The notes under the pieces were generated by a model. The model saw only the letters and a list, made by a program, of their open reading frames with translations, searched no databases and was not told where the DNA came from. Below, in pieces: positions 63,847 to 64,000 of a stretch of 64,000 nucleotides of DNA. The position numbers and the translations under genes are program-made. The stretch lies in assembly GCA_035221665.1 (NCBI GenBank), contig CM069168.1, forward strand, positions 13,516,001 to 13,580,000. Direction: 5' to 3'. How positions within the stretch are numbered: position 1 is the first letter of the stretch; each line of letters starts with the position of its first letter. The stretch is from Okamejei kenojei (Eukaryota).

Positions 63847-64000
63847 GGTAGACAAAAATGCTGGAGAAACTCAGCGGGTGAGGCAGCATCGATGGAGCGA
63901 AGGAAATAGGTGAAGGAGAGTTTGACCCGAAACGTCACCTATTCCTTCGCTCCATAGATGCTGCCTCACCCACTGAGTTTCTCAAGCATTTTTGTCTACC
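63847..64000. mobile_element. Penelope-like end hairpin
   Basis: 63847-63913 and about 63935-64000 are inverted copies. Confidence 0.75.

Noticed and set aside
26337-64000. Canonical PPP2R2A exon 2 (NDIQWCFSQVKG) and a Bbeta1/Bgamma-type first exon (DTRKIN.SFLRDH)
   Set aside because: Not found by eye on the minus strand. The HFSQQK hit near 54000 does not match. They probably lie beyond the window, but a manual scan or the gap could hide them.
1-64000. CRISPR array or prokaryotic operon
   Set aside because: The DNA is spliced eukaryotic sequence; repeats are dispersed TE copies with no regular repeat-spacer period.

Overview
Vertebrate nuclear DNA. The repeat complement (HE1-like V-SINEs, CR1-clade, Rex1/Babar and Penelope-like elements) suggests an elasmobranch, probably a skate or ray (inference). 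The minus strand carries coding exons 3-10 of PPP2R2A (PP2A regulatory subunit B55-alpha) at 14476-26336. All eight splice in frame, and the intron between exons 6 and 7 is a U12 (minor spliceosome) GT-AG intron. I did not find canonical exons 1-2, so the rest of the window is taken as a >37 kb intron. The most notable signal is a candidate alternative first coding exon in that intron (37543-37633, minus). It encodes MKCFHCHFPYSIKSSFSGLNALMSTSPYNQ, joins exon 3 in phase, and resembles the mitochondria-targeting N-terminus of the PPP2R2B splice form Bbeta2. At the left edge is a CpG-rich promoter and probable first exon of BNIP3L (NIX). The remainder is dense in transposable elements: Penelope-like ends with minimal hammerhead-ribozyme motifs (often as hairpins with flanking direct repeats), Harbinger-type MITEs, several large inverted duplications and one 251-N assembly gap. 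Comparisons with human proteins are from memory, not from a search.
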